64,000 bases of DNA, taken from positions 24,573-88,572 of IMG/VR virus record IMGVR_UViG_3300020468_000005, one strand, 5' to 3'. Made by a program: the position numbers and the translations under genes. The stretch's first letter is position 1, and every line of letters begins with the position of its first letter. This document shows positions 12,801 to 21,900 of the stretch, in pieces. The DNA is from a virus. The notes beneath the pieces were generated by a model that ran no database searches, was not told where the DNA came from, and was given only the letters and a program-made list of their open reading frames with translations.

Positions 12801-14382
12801 AGACAATACCTATACTACAGCAGACTGTAGCGATATTGCATCTGCTATTAGCACACTATGGGGAATAGTAACACAGGCAGTAGGAACAACTGCAGGTGGT
12901 TCAGGTAACTTGAATAACGTTACTAGAACTGCTTCTGAATCTCCTGAGTTCCAAGTTGAGATTGATACAGTAACATTTGATGGAGTTGATACAACATTTA
13001 ACGCACAGGTTAATGGTTCAAACTATTCATTACCTGCAAGTGATAACTTCTTAATATTCTTGAATAGTATTCTTCAACTTAAAGGTAGTACTGAATCATA
13101 TACTTACACAGGTAGTGCAATTACATTTAATGAAGCACCTGTTAGTGGTATGGACTTCTATGGATTCTACTTTGGTAAATTAGTTCTTTTAGATGATCTT
13201 TCTCCATTCTTTGACAATAGTAAGGAAACCTTTACTATGACACTAAACAATGAACCATTCTCATTAGAGAGTGATAATGAGAATGTAGAACCATCAAATA
13301 ACTTGATGATATTCATTAATGGAGTATTCCAAGAACCTGGTGTCGCATACTCTCTTAATGGATCAATTATAAAATTCAGTGAAGCTCCAAGAGCAAATTC
13401 TCAAGCATCCTTGTACATCTATACTGGATCTGATGAAGATATATTTGTTTCCAATACATTTAACTCAATTGATCCTACAGACAGAATGCAGGTTGCTAGT
13501 GAAGGATCTGATCGTTTAATCGCAACAGTCTCAAGTGCTACTTCAGTTGATACTTACGAATATGTTGGACTTAGACCAACCACTGCTACATTTACAGCAG
13601 TATTGACTAATGGTGTTGTTACTAATATTATTATTGACAATCCTGGTGAAAATTATGAAGATCCTCCAGTCCTTCTATTCCAAGGAGGTAGTGGAGTTGG
13701 TGCTAGTGGAACTACCACTATTGAACCAGGTAGCGGTAAAGTACTTACTGCTACTATTGCAAATGGTGGTACTGGATATTTAACCGTACCAACAATAGTT
13801 CCTGTTCATGCTGTTGATATAGAGAGAAAATCTAGAGATAGAATCATTTCCAATTCACTTGCTTTGGGATGTACATATCTTACTTCTTCCATAACTGACA
13901 GTAGTACAACTCTCAACTGCAAGAATATATACTATGATACTAGTCAAAGAATTGGTTTCCCCGATGAAGGCGAAGTATTGATACCATTCTATGATACAAC
14001 TGTTACTCCAAACAGATGGAATGTAGAAAGAATTCTATACGGATCTAGAAATACATCTGCGAATACAATAACCGTAGCAACAGGTGGTAGAGGATATAGA
14101 GGAACCACTGCAGCTGCACACACTGTTTTAACAGGAACATACAGTGCGTCTGGAATAACTTGTACCGTGACTACATCCGCAACTCATAATTATGTGACTG
14201 GTATGAAAGTTTTCTTGGACTTTACAAGTGGACCTACAGCAGAACCAATAAACTGGGGTTTTGATGGAGAGTATGCGGTTACAGTTACATCTGGGAACAC
14301 ATTTACGGTAGAATTCCCATTCAGTCAAACATCAAGCGGAAACGTCTCGATTCTGCCAGAAGTTCGTCTGAGATCATTATAA
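829..14382 (+). CDS. gp7: Giant baseplate wedge initiator, gp7-like (4517 aa), multi-domain
   Basis: N-terminal FIQDEYPTFIEFVKAYY...IKDFYASKGT..SF.F..R.LFG and later DSDRFQEYSYEI...HPAGFK motifs are typical of cyanophage gp7. Lies between gp6 and gp8. Contains a YHYH-like region, GxGY beta repeats, CBM-like modules and 11 YPR modules. Confidence 0.88.
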   Translation: MATNQSSWKVGQWTTPTTTVTTQPVPSEVTAESRSQISHNIPGQFASFIQDEYPTFIEFVKAYYKSQELRGYCFDVINNWGDYYNIDNYGSLIVETDLISSMSTTSTTVDVTTTRDFPDEGLLMIDDEIIYYKNKGQTIFNDCSRGFDAVKAVGTASQYVFAETTAAEHALGAKVVNLNNIFPLFMLGQFKDQYLSTYPKNFSDGVTESTVIKRIKDFYASKGTTRSFQFVLRTLFGVESEVSYPRDRIFKPSDAFFTNREVIRATAVSGDPTELVGEVLYQENDPSDPYVNEARIYVKGVQKVFTASGEIYEIDVDTNNSSGTFVTPYKTTIASDVPSRLDFTTITVDSTLGWPELNGRFRVQDEIITYTNKTVNQFIGCTRAREGTTSDEHIAGQEAFAAFRIYGKSNLDGSDIQIKVYGGTRGVNLTNGGKYYLPKSKVTTPAAPGFDSLDPIWSSFQYNVRKALRGVTAELATPAADGSVRVTVTTREKHRLRRDDKVRILNAAEDIYNNEHDVVGIIDEFKFEFILGSAPSQPILETDGLFFISREFAFGTSVYTSINNLVSQYTADVQNVYKSTDNAIVASTGIPSHKIGPFSVNDPDPGNQRYLKRIPLVPSTKSTKTPTPVGQVGIGVNGVPFFSYKGTSTKKFGGIASITKNDGGDGYDIENPPTVEFEPDYKLNTTYASGNVIKYDDNGTVRRYRAQNPGTSDKITYPTHTSGAVRHGTIDWEYLGLGASAEAIIDGRIIAINVTNGGGGYTRQPIVSISGGGAPNSTQATAVAQITDGRVTGIAVTYSGAGYTKVAGLPNISISGGGGVGAAASAVVRGPINTINITNTGSEYTYEPNITLKSGDGAVGYASILSGKIESIIVTFGGADYFGAPDVVITGDGVGATAFAVVDPTSRQVTSVTVTNKGLGYTTGNTQISIVYPGDGARFTTNLTQLTYNEAATADEIKKNNPSAIFSDRKVVDDANGTVVRGENIGIYDGEYGYFYTPDNLRYYLGDSIESRIPTVADPSPWIEQTPIGHSPIIGWAYDGHPIYGPYGFEDRQNQNPYNSYIQPASSYRIKTSRASILSGLTDPMGTFIEDYEYVEGLGDLDRYNGRYCVTPEYPDGVYAYFTTIDGVSGAPKFPYFVGPDFYSEADEINWNGNGLQRNFTEDAIRFRAPYIGTDQVTAKRKALDSRIDFVLALEDSTTLITLESGEVLQYIEDGIGYFSYYPTIRGGSAQSLTVAATNRYSSTNINDFLVEGGGQGYKVNDRLLFDNTDTGGDGVSATISTITGEPVSTLNYVVNDEDVTIATLTTTNNHYLVGGDQITVSIGDNTYERELKSYLYNSKFYFKYFDLVSYDFITEWTNSTAYNKFDLVFVANRVYQATETATSDSDANNAPTHVSGTVSDGTMLWKYIRKRTDGALIATTTNSQGSGYLPGVYTDVPMLTNGNGKNLILDLTVAANGTISVGSIPTTADRGTAFKIGDTITVDDDNVGSNGGSGFQLTVTQISLEAVVRTDAAHQLGVGDIVDFKGMNVGTYNGDFTVVRTETLRRFTISVNQLGTNAAPNITSSVVSVREPKFQFINGHSYKFDTSDSTLNNVTLAFTLDPLNTDIFTYKNITDEVVDTQTLQQTSITLKVVDLPGIFYYFDLAGQYSITGSYFTIMNEPLAGTNILLSKTDTTASYATALEPEVNYDASNTITYSTNSIYPTGGVSTISIGDSGRNYESLPQLSGSTRAGAGATAVATISGVLSGVSVTNKGSGYNPASLPTGVVTLPDFVDLTLTNVLGSGSFAVNEIIISQSAQGTQTARGKVISWDPLSSTLRIQPLQNGRTGAANKGYIMFTTFAANNDRGKVFSSDSQATISAVSGAQATVLCSIPSSGPDVGRLSEVTVNGPGSNYRAAPNIILDDPDFGLVNTVTITTNTTGLTPGQYTGVTQSAVNPTGGTNVEFTVTSGAGGTVEQVVVTNGGGTYRLGDIITIPGNQIGGATTANDITVTVTVLTHIDPASTLCSLNATVDSITITNTGSGYLSAPDVLVSGGSGINAKFNASIQNQGISAINIEAGGELFQNAPVVNITQKTGTGASVLLKSTDLGKILKIGGDNITFNYSHDRTLKPELNTTFNLQLTRTQVIDYLEVTDGGANFVAIPEIVLTGGSGSLFDLRAVIENEVIQSVEVRNPGRGFLSAPSVSARITHNWVGLRSNSTLNFPYNAKIPTGTKVTLNENIGTFPTPLVTNTTYYAIAATLANGLANNQIRLATTQANAIAGTYINFTGDPIGDANGLTEFTLSSTDLGDIITAYMKPANFLVGERVYQGTSTTTYTAFGIIKDWDSRGRILSVEIIEGDFLSGEPVFGEESAAFGEIHAFDRADATFNVSPISTSAEGWERTTGFLDVNEQRIYDSDRFQEYSYEISSPININKWKNPLKFAAHPAGFKVLGTQVVLESSAKIYRSKSTINSNYSSNEPWAWWVESPQPNLQTFNGTTYVFPKPSARSTGKLATIKNFALGDPDYSAAVPTEVQIFGRQLLDIQKILSCISYKIDDISSSFDGSTTVFNLTISGATVTTKIGKTSIKEQFLVTINGIVQNPNNYTFANDAITFSVAPKANSVALIMYYDRASYTSSFQLDQIGDEIKAFDITNGLTGGTGYADGTYTAIPLRNKIGSGVGATADITVSNGYVSNVVLNNSGDGFRDDGIVGISEIGKPLTNSYTPSTATYAPSTGVLELTVGSHTLSAPTTATATDIDYNPNTGIMTVTLVSHGLEAGDQVKFADNSITLSCAFGGASGAAAQKTYPRSTDYASDRWLEVSNITVNTFDVQVLDSIPSTNVDPHSFVSAVAGGISIAQSTVRFSNNAITFSCGFGGGGNRSYPRSTDPIAGKNVPVDAITSTTFTINALNGTTPTNTDAHTYVGNATAALSPTFVDYDASLGIMKLELANHGLSNGNFIQFTSDSLNFICSRDNYATTTAYPRGSDPAAVNWLNVFDVETNSFKVQVGANIEKAFTPTGATYTASTGSLTLDIENHGFTAATEHTATDATFNTTTGIVTITSASHGFAAGDRVKIKDSSITMSCGYNGGGQESYPKPGQPISGKWITVRAITQDTFDIQCLKDAPCSNSDAHTFVSATANGILHAKSVISIDDEALTFTCTQDDDFSRKSYPRTTDPASRELLGIEAVTTDTLTVNVGASPQVTFTPTNAVYTPSTGVLVLTIGNHTLPVGTGISIDVNSLKFRCDMENDGTLIAGNLSNLGASLHNYPRPTDPAAKSNLYITETTGTTITVNVKPSVTVNYQPTDAALNLANGDLSLTIGAHQFRGEKTFTPTAVDYTPNTGLATLTIKGHTIQAGDFVQVAKESLTFTCAQDSHQTNHSYPRTTDPVYREWIQVISVTNDTILLNFYSTVAGNSAHLFVSAADDCIALKGDTIKLTDGSIVMSCDNGGVSNQSYPRTDTISYTPTGADYDPSTGVMTVTHGGGAGAFVNGDQVKFDDNAIVFTCAAGGGTHAYPRPGDPASGRWLTIWNADDTTFKVQVLDTIPSTNTSVHVFSSAVNNGTKKKKDWAYDRPIPIKSVGYTSHAVTNATYDPSTGVLVATVAGHGFSNGEYVKVNQSALKFTCNKDSNATVKSYPTLEDPYYDEWVKVRNVTTDTFEINVGVAGPNGQHTHTFVPEGKLTPTLGAYNPTTGVMTITIPDHGFVAGDEIKVDDNAFRFTCLEDFDTSYHDYPRNTDPISGQWVKIYNVTTNTFDIQVLNSVPSTNTTTHTFISAVANSITRSAIKKQTGVITFNTNNRDAAITHQYAHSFVSASATAVIAGGNYTHTFIQSTSGAVKTGGDYVHTFVNAKPTSVKYGYTHLYTGNAIANPVTRGLVTSGGHAYDRLADAGRLIRANLDFIATTAYGRMLALNPTFDGDLYKRKCIRDTKLISEAVANNIEFGGNDGVYDAANFYVGTVHLTGEEDQSVQVFNAARDICREVMRNITVTTNYVTEGSQVKDLTITNDSGDNTYTTADCSDIASAISTLWGIVTQAVGTTAGGSGNLNNVTRTASESPEFQVEIDTVTFDGVDTTFNAQVNGSNYSLPASDNFLIFLNSILQLKGSTESYTYTGSAITFNEAPVSGMDFYGFYFGKLVLLDDLSPFFDNSKETFTMTLNNEPFSLESDNENVEPSNNLMIFINGVFQEPGVAYSLNGSIIKFSEAPRANSQASLYIYTGSDEDIFVSNTFNSIDPTDRMQVASEGSDRLIATVSSATSVDTYEYVGLRPTTATFTAVLTNGVVTNIIIDNPGENYEDPPVLLFQGGSGVGASGTTTIEPGSGKVLTATIANGGTGYLTVPTIVPVHAVDIERKSRDRIISNSLALGCTYLTSSITDSSTTLNCKNIYYDTSQRIGFPDEGEVLIPFYDTTVTPNRWNVERILYGSRNTSANTITVATGGRGYRGTTAAAHTVLTGTYSASGITCTVTTSATHNYVTGMKVFLDFTSGPTAEPINWGFDGEYAVTVTSGNTFTVEFPFSQTSSGNVSILPEVRLRSL
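8941..12400 (+). repeat. Array of 11 nested Cys/YPRxxDP protein modules within gp7
   Basis: Counted in the translation: 11 opening motifs (YxPxTG..H-like), 11 cores (F/M/LxC...YP[RKT]) and 11 closing HxF/Y strands. Confidence 0.85.
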
Positions 14383-14385
14383 ATA
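14378..14385 (+). promoter_or_regulatory. T4-type late promoter TATAAATA upstream of gp8
   Basis: Exact T4 gp55 late consensus, overlapping the gp7 stop codon and ending about 20 nt before the gp8 ATG. Confidence 0.8.
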
Positions 14386-14405
14386 ACAACAAAAGCTTAT
14401 AAGCA

Positions 14406-15920
14406 ATGGCATTAGTTACTGATAAATTTAGAATATACGCTGCGGAAAGTTTTAGAGATACACTGCTGACTCAAAATAAAGTCTTTATGTTTGTTGGTAG
14501 AGCTAAGTCTTGGGGTAGTACAGATGTACCACCCGCAGGTGAGCCGATTGATAGTTTTACCTATCAGTCAGGCACTTATGCTGATTCTGTTGCCTTTAAG
14601 CGTGTAGATATTTCAGATACTGCTCTTGTAGTACCAAGAGTTGATTGGATTGATCCTACACAAACTACAGGTGGTGTGGGACGTACATACTCAATGTATA
14701 AACCAGATTATGCACCCGCAAAAACTACTGCAAATGGATCTTCCAGATTGTATGATAGTAATTTCTATGTAATGAATTCAGACTTTAACGTCTACAAGTG
14801 TCTTTATAATGGACAAACCCCTGAGTATCCAAGAGGAAGACCCTCTTTGGTAGAACCAACTGGTACTTCAACCACTATTATCGAAACTGGTGATAGTCCT
14901 GGTAGTTACTCCTATCGTTGGAAGTACATGTATACTATTGATGCGGATAATATTCTAAAGTTTGTTACTTCTGAATTTGTTCCCGTATTATCAAACTCTC
15001 TTGTTAAGTCTGCTGCAGGTGATGGTGCTATTGATAGTGTAGTTATTGAAAATGCAGGCACTGGTTACAACAACAAAGAATATACTGATGTTCCTATTCG
15101 CGGAGATTATGACATCAATGGTGGAACTCAAGCAAAGTGCACTGTAAAGGTGACTTCTGGTTCTGTTGAATCTGTTACTATCACAACTGCAGGTTCTAAG
15201 TATACGTTTGGTACTATTGATGTTGCACTCATTCCTAATATCGGAAATGGTGTAAATGCATCTTTAGATGTTGTTATTCCTCCTAATAATGGACATGGTT
15301 CTGATGCTGTTAGAGAATTGGGTGCATATCGTTTAATGTTTACTAGTAAATTAGAAACTAGTAGTGCATTTGTAGATTTTCCAAATGATTTGACATATAG
15401 AAGAGTTGGATTAGTTTTAAATCCTTTTGATTTCAACACAACAACTGTTTGTAGTCAAAATACTAGATCTGCTGTTAAAGCAATGATTTTCCCTCAGTCA
15501 GGCACTGGTACACCCACTGGTGCATTCGCTCCTGGCGAAACTATTGTTCAAACTACTACGAATGCGAAAGGATTTGTAGTATCATATGATTCCACAACTA
15601 AAGTATTGAAATATTATCAAGATTCAGTTGATGGCACACAAAATGGAAATGTAATTGCGTTCTCTGGTGCTAATCAGATTACATCATCTCAAAATGCTTA
15701 TACTGCAACTCCAGACACAACGTTTGGAACTTCAGCTAATCAACAAACACAGATACAAATTGGTGTCTCTGTGTATGAATTAGGTCTTTCCTTTGTTGGT
15801 GGATATGCTAATCAAGAAATCCAAACTAACTCTGGAGAAATCCTCTACATAGATAACAGAAACCCAATAACAAGATCTGCGGATCAAAACGAAGAGCTCA
15901 AAGTAGTAATTGAATTCTAA
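14406..15920 (+). CDS. gp8: Baseplate wedge subunit, gp8-like (504 aa)
   Basis: YVMNSDFNVYKCLYN, YRWKYMYTI and C-terminal SGEILYIDNR.PITRS.DQ.E..K...EF match the T4 gp8 family; synteny with gp6/gp7. Confidence 0.93.
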   Translation: MALVTDKFRIYAAESFRDTLLTQNKVFMFVGRAKSWGSTDVPPAGEPIDSFTYQSGTYADSVAFKRVDISDTALVVPRVDWIDPTQTTGGVGRTYSMYKPDYAPAKTTANGSSRLYDSNFYVMNSDFNVYKCLYNGQTPEYPRGRPSLVEPTGTSTTIIETGDSPGSYSYRWKYMYTIDADNILKFVTSEFVPVLSNSLVKSAAGDGAIDSVVIENAGTGYNNKEYTDVPIRGDYDINGGTQAKCTVKVTSGSVESVTITTAGSKYTFGTIDVALIPNIGNGVNASLDVVIPPNNGHGSDAVRELGAYRLMFTSKLETSSAFVDFPNDLTYRRVGLVLNPFDFNTTTVCSQNTRSAVKAMIFPQSGTGTPTGAFAPGETIVQTTTNAKGFVVSYDSTTKVLKYYQDSVDGTQNGNVIAFSGANQITSSQNAYTATPDTTFGTSANQQTQIQIGVSVYELGLSFVGGYANQEIQTNSGEILYIDNRNPITRSADQNEELKVVIEF

Positions 15921-18900
15921 ATGGCACAGAATACCAACCTTAATATAGCTCCTTACTTCGACGACTTCGATGATAGTAAGGGCTTCCTAAAAGTACTTTT
16001 CAAACCTGGCTATCCAGTACAGGCTAGGGAACTTACTACGCTGCAAAGTTTATTGCAGAATCAGATTGACTCCTTTGGACAAGGTGTTTATAAAGAAGGT
16101 GCTCAGGTAATTCCTGGTGGTATTACTTTGAATAAAGATGTTGCATGTGTAATTATTCAAAACAACTATCTCAATCTTGACGTTGAATTATATCGTACTC
16201 AACTTGATAACTTAGTTCTTAAAGGTTCTACCTCTGGTGTTCGTGCTCGTGTTTTATTTTCTATTAGTTCTACTACATCGACTAGAAATAATATAACTTT
16301 TTATATAAATTACTTACAAAAAGCAGACGATAACGTCACAACTACCTTTACAGATGGAGAAACACTCACCTGCGAAAGCGACATTACTTACGCAGCTACA
16401 ACTATTGCTGCTAATACACCTCTTGCTCAACTCTTAAACTCAAATGCAAATTCTAAGGGTTCTACTGCTAACGTTGGTGCAGGTGTTTATTATACTAGAG
16501 GATATTTTGCACCTGTACATGAGCAAACTCTAATATTAGATCAGTATGGAACTGATCCAACATATAAAGTAGGTTTAAAGGTAGAAGAAAAAATTATAAC
16601 TGCTGATGAGGATGAAAGTCTATATGATAACGCAATAGGAAGCACAAACTTCTCAGCACCTGGTGCAGATAGGTTTAAAATTAACCTAACATTAATTAAG
16701 AAAAATCTTGCGGATCCTAACTCTGCTGACTTTATAGAACTACTTAGAACTAATGTTGGAGAAATTGAGAAGAAGGTAGAGAGAAGTGACCTTGGATTTA
16801 TTCAAGATGTACTTGCCACTAGAACTAAAGAAGAATCTGGTGACTATTATGTCAAGAAATTTGAGATAGATGCTAGAGAAAATCTTAATGATGGATTTAA
16901 TAATGGTGTATATGACGCAGGTGCTACGACTGGAGATGGCAATACAGCTGATGAAGCAAACATAGCAATACAATTATCCAGTGGTCAAGCTTATATTTCT
17001 GGATATAGAACAGAGCGTTTATCTACAACATATAAGGATGTAGCTAAACCAAGAACCTTTGTCGGAGAAAATAACAAATATATTGCTACTGATATTGGAA
17101 ATTATGTCTTTATGACAAATGGCCACAAAGCACCTGCCATATATGAAATTATTAACTTAAGAGATGAAATAACTGGAACTCCTGGTACTGCAGCTGGTAA
17201 TATTATTGGTCAAACAAGAGTTCTCAACTTTTCTTATGAATCAGGTACGGTTAACAACCAAAGTACGGTTTACCGTACAAACTTAGTTGATACCAAGTTT
17301 TTTACTAGACTTGATTGCCAATCAAATGTTAACTGGCAGTTAGGCGACTTTGTTGTGGGTAGAACTTCTGGTGCTACTGGATTCGTAGCAATTACTAATT
17401 CATCTAGTCAAGTAGGATATCTTAGTGATGTAATAGGAACATTTACACAAAACGAACAATTAGATTTAAACGCAGCAAGTAGCGGTACTAATATTGGACA
17501 GTTAGATAATAATACTTCTGCTGTTAAATCTTATAACTTTAGTGATGTAAAGTCATATAGTTTTGGAAGTAATGGAACTGCTGATGCGGTATTGGATGTC
17601 AAGGTAGCATTACCTGGTTCAGGTCCTATTATCTCGTCTCAAAGTGGGTCTGGTACGTCTCAAACTGCGACTGTAACTGCAACTCTTTCTAACTTTAATG
17701 TTCAGTTAAAAGTGGGTGATATCGTTGAGTTTACAAATGCTAATATAGCACATAAAGTCAAAGTTACTGCTGTTACTGATGCATTCTCCTTTACTATACA
17801 GAAGATTGAAGCTGGTGCTGGTAATATGACCGATAGTGCCATTACTGGTCAGATAGTTAGATCACGTCCTGAAGTTAAAGATGCACAAAAGAATAAATTA
17901 GTTACTGCTCTTGGATATGATGCAGTAAAGAATACTAATAAGAATAATACTCAGAATCCAACAGGATCATTTAGAAAGTATTTTGCTGGTGGGGCAGCAT
18001 CTGGAGGGCAACTTGGTTTTAATGCAGGTTCTGGTCTTGTATTTACCAATACTAATAATAATGATACATTCTTGCTTATTAATAATACTAATGGTGATTT
18101 GTTACAAGCACCTTCTACTGACGTAGCTACTGGGCAAAATGTTCAAGTTAGTGGATTGTCAGGTACTAATAATTACTCTCTAATTGCTACAGTTAGTGCT
18201 TCCGATAGATCTGCTAAGGGAAAAACCACGGAAAGGATGAAAATCCTTAAAATAGATAAGAGTTTTGCTGCTGGTGTTAATGGTCTAACACAGGAAAACG
18301 CTACAGGAGATGGGTATGGATATAGAGTAGATGATGCTAGAATCTCACTTGGAAGTGGAGATGTATTTAAGATAAAAGCAATATACGAAGCTAATGGTAG
18401 CACTGCAACTGCGGACAATACAATACCTAATATGCAGTTTACCAACTTAGTTGGTACTCTTTCTACTGATGAAGTAATAACTGGAGATACATCTGGTGCA
18501 AGAGGAAGAATAGTTGCTGTTGGTGGTAATAGTAATCAAATCTATTTTATTCCAGTAGAAGATGATAAGTTTACCGATGGTGAGACTGTAACTGCACCTA
18601 ATGCTACTTTAAAACTTATTGCTGGAACTGTTCAGTCGGGTGGAAAGAATATAACAGATAGTTATGATCTAGATGATGGGCAGAGAGATCAGTTTTATGA
18701 TTATTCATCTATCGTTAGAAAATCTGGTTATGCAGCACCTACACATCAAGTGTTAGTAATATATGATCGTTTTCTTACCACTGCAGGTATCAATCCATAT
18801 ACCGTAGATTCTTATGATACTGCGGATTATAAGATTATTCCAAATTATGATGGTGAGGAATTAAGAGATAGTGTTGATTTTAGACCGATTGTTCCTGAGA

Positions 18901-21900
18901 AATTGGCAAATACAGGATCTGTAACTAGTCCCTTTACTTTAAATGGTACAGAATTCTTTGATTTTGGTAGTAGAGCATTCACTGGTAACGAGACTGGTGT
19001 ACCAGGTCCTGGTGAGACTACTATTATAAGTTTGGAACATTATCTTGCTAGAGTTGATAAAGTCTTTATGAATAAAGACAATGAAATTCAAGTAGTAAAA
19101 GGAGCTCCTAGCACTAACCCTGTTGAACCAGAAGACATTGAAGATGCAATGTTACTGGCAACAATCAACTACAATCCATACGTATTTGATGTTGACAAAG
19201 ATGTTAGTATCAGAGAAACTAACTTCAAGAGATATACTTTTAGAGATATACAACAGTTAGAAGATAGAATTAAGACACTCGAATATTATACACAATTATC
19301 ACTACTTGAAAGTGAGACTGCAAGTATGGAAATTAGAGACACTAGTGGTCTTAGCAGATTTAAAAATGGATTTGTAGTAGATAACTTTGCAAGTCTTTCA
19401 ACTAGTGATACTTTACATCGAGACTATAGAGTATCTCTTGATTTTGATGAAGGTCAATGTCGCCCATCTCATTATACTACTCAAGTACCTCTTACATTTT
19501 CTACAGCATCTACTAATGTACAGCAAACTGGAGATCTTGTAACACTTCCATATACAAGCACAGTTCTTTTAGATCAACCATATTCTTCAGGTGTTGAGAA
19601 TGTTAACCCATTTAACGTATTCACATATGTTGGAGATATTCAGTTGCATCCAGAGTCTGATAACTGGGTAGATACTAAAACTCTTAATCCTGTTAAAGGT
19701 CCTGTTGTAGAAGGTAACTTCCTTACTACTGTTAGAGAGTATAATGCTGACCAGAATGGTTTTTCTCCAACTCAATGGAACTCATGGAAAACTACATGGA
19801 CTGGGAAAACTAAATCAGTAGATGTTGGTAGTTGGAGAAGAAGAACAAAAAGATCTAGAGTTAGAACTATTACTACTACTAGAACAACTACTAGAAAACA
19901 AACAAGAACAGGTATCAGGTATAGAGTTACTCCTGTTATTGAGCAGAAGTCACTAGGTAACAAGGTTGTTTCTGTAGACCATATTCAGTTTATGCGTTCT
20001 AGAAACATTGAGTTTAATTGTAAGAAATTAAAACCAAGAACTAAGTTCTTTGGATTTTTTGATGGTATTGCTCTACCTACTAAATTAGTTACACCTAAAA
20101 TTATTGGTTTGACTAAGGATTCATCTAGTGATTCTAAAACAAACAATATTCCTTTCCAAGTTGGTGAGACAGTATATGTCAACTCAGCTGGATCTCCTGG
20201 TTTTACACCTAAGAAAGGATTTAGATTTAAGGCAAGAGTTGCAGCACCTAATGAAGGATTTGAAATAAATCCATTAGACGGAACTGATATCCAATCTACT
20301 AATGACTATACATCTAACTTAGGTTTCCTTAACATTGATACTAAGTCTCTTGCTGATCAGGCAAAGGGAACTTATTATGGTTCACCTAAAATTAATGATT
20401 ATATTATTGGAGAAACTTCTGGTGCAATTGCTAAAGTAACAAGTAAAGACTTGATCAGTGACAAGAGAGGTAAACTTAGAGGATCATTCTTTATAGATTC
20501 ACCTAAGGGTACAGGTAATCTTAAATTCAAGACTGGTAATAAATTATTCAGACTTACTGATGATGCATCCGATAGTAAGGTTATTGGTGTATCTGATTCT
20601 AGTGCTGAGGTAGAATTTACTTCTTCTGGTATCTTACAGACAGTGCAAGATCAAATTATATCTGTAAGAAATGCTAAGGTTACATCTGAAGAAATGTTCG
20701 ACTCTAGAACTGTTAAAGATACTAAGCAATCTAAAAAGAATGAAGTTAGATTCTGTGACCCACTTGCACAAACCTTCCTTATTGAAGATTCATCATTAGA
20801 AGGTGGGGTATTCTTAACTAAGATTGATATATTCTTCTTTACTAAGGATGAGGAAATTCCAGTATCATTAGATATTAGAACTGTAGTTAATGGTAATCCA
20901 ACTCAAATAATTGTACCTCTTTCTAAAGTTATTAAAGATCCTGAGGATGTATTCATATCTGCAGATGCTTCTAAACCAACTTCATTTGAGTTTGAATCTC
21001 CAGTATACCTACCATTCAGACAGGAACATGCTATTGTATTGACTTCTGACTCTAACCAGTATAAGGTATTCATCTCTATTCTTGGTGAAGATGCTATAGA
21101 TGCTGCACATGCAGGAGAAAAAATTTCTGAGCAACCATACATCGGTGTATTGTTCAAGTCACAGAACGCATCTACATGGACACCATCACAGTATGAAGAC
21201 TTGATGTTTAAGATCTATAGAGCAGAATTTGCATTACCAAGCACATCATCTAATAGTAAACTTGTACTAGAAAATGCACAACTTGGTGAATCTAATGGTG
21301 GTTTCTTAAATCTTGCAGCTAACTCCATGCAAATGACTGCAGGTCAAGATGAGATTAGAGTATTCCATGGTAATCACGGTATGCAGTCACCACTTAACTA
21401 TGTACAGATAAGCGGTGTAACATCTGAAGTTCCAGATACTGCACTTACATCTACTATTAGTACAACGGGTACCTCCACATTTACAGTTACTAACGCAGCA
21501 TTATTCCATACCACTATGGGTGGATCTGCGATAAGTAATTCAAATCCAGGTTTTGTAAGAATTCTTGGAGAAGCAGAAGATGGCAGTGGAGATGAGATTA
21601 TTGCATATAGTGGTATAAATTCAAACACTATAACAATTGCTTCCAATGGACGTAACCATAGTGGTAGTGCAGGTGGATCAACTGGTTTATCACATTCATC
21701 TGGTGCTATTGTACAATGTTACAATCTAAATGGAATTCCACTTACATCAATCAATGCTACTCATACTGCACCTGGTGGAATTATATCTATCAACAGTCCT
21801 CATAGTTACAATCTAAAAGTAACTGGTAAGACAGCAAATACTTCTATGATGGGTGGTGGTGTCTTTATAACTGCTTCTCAAAATATTCCATGGGACGTAT

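Noticed and set aside
829-14382. Inteins or introns as an explanation for the giant ORFs
   Set aside because: No Hint-domain splice motifs, homing endonuclease motifs or frame interruptions were recognised; the length is explained by repeated structural modules.
14395-14404. 10-bp palindrome GCTTATAAGC just before the gp8 start
   Set aside because: Short, AT-rich and single-copy, with no U-tract; not supportable as a terminator or operator.
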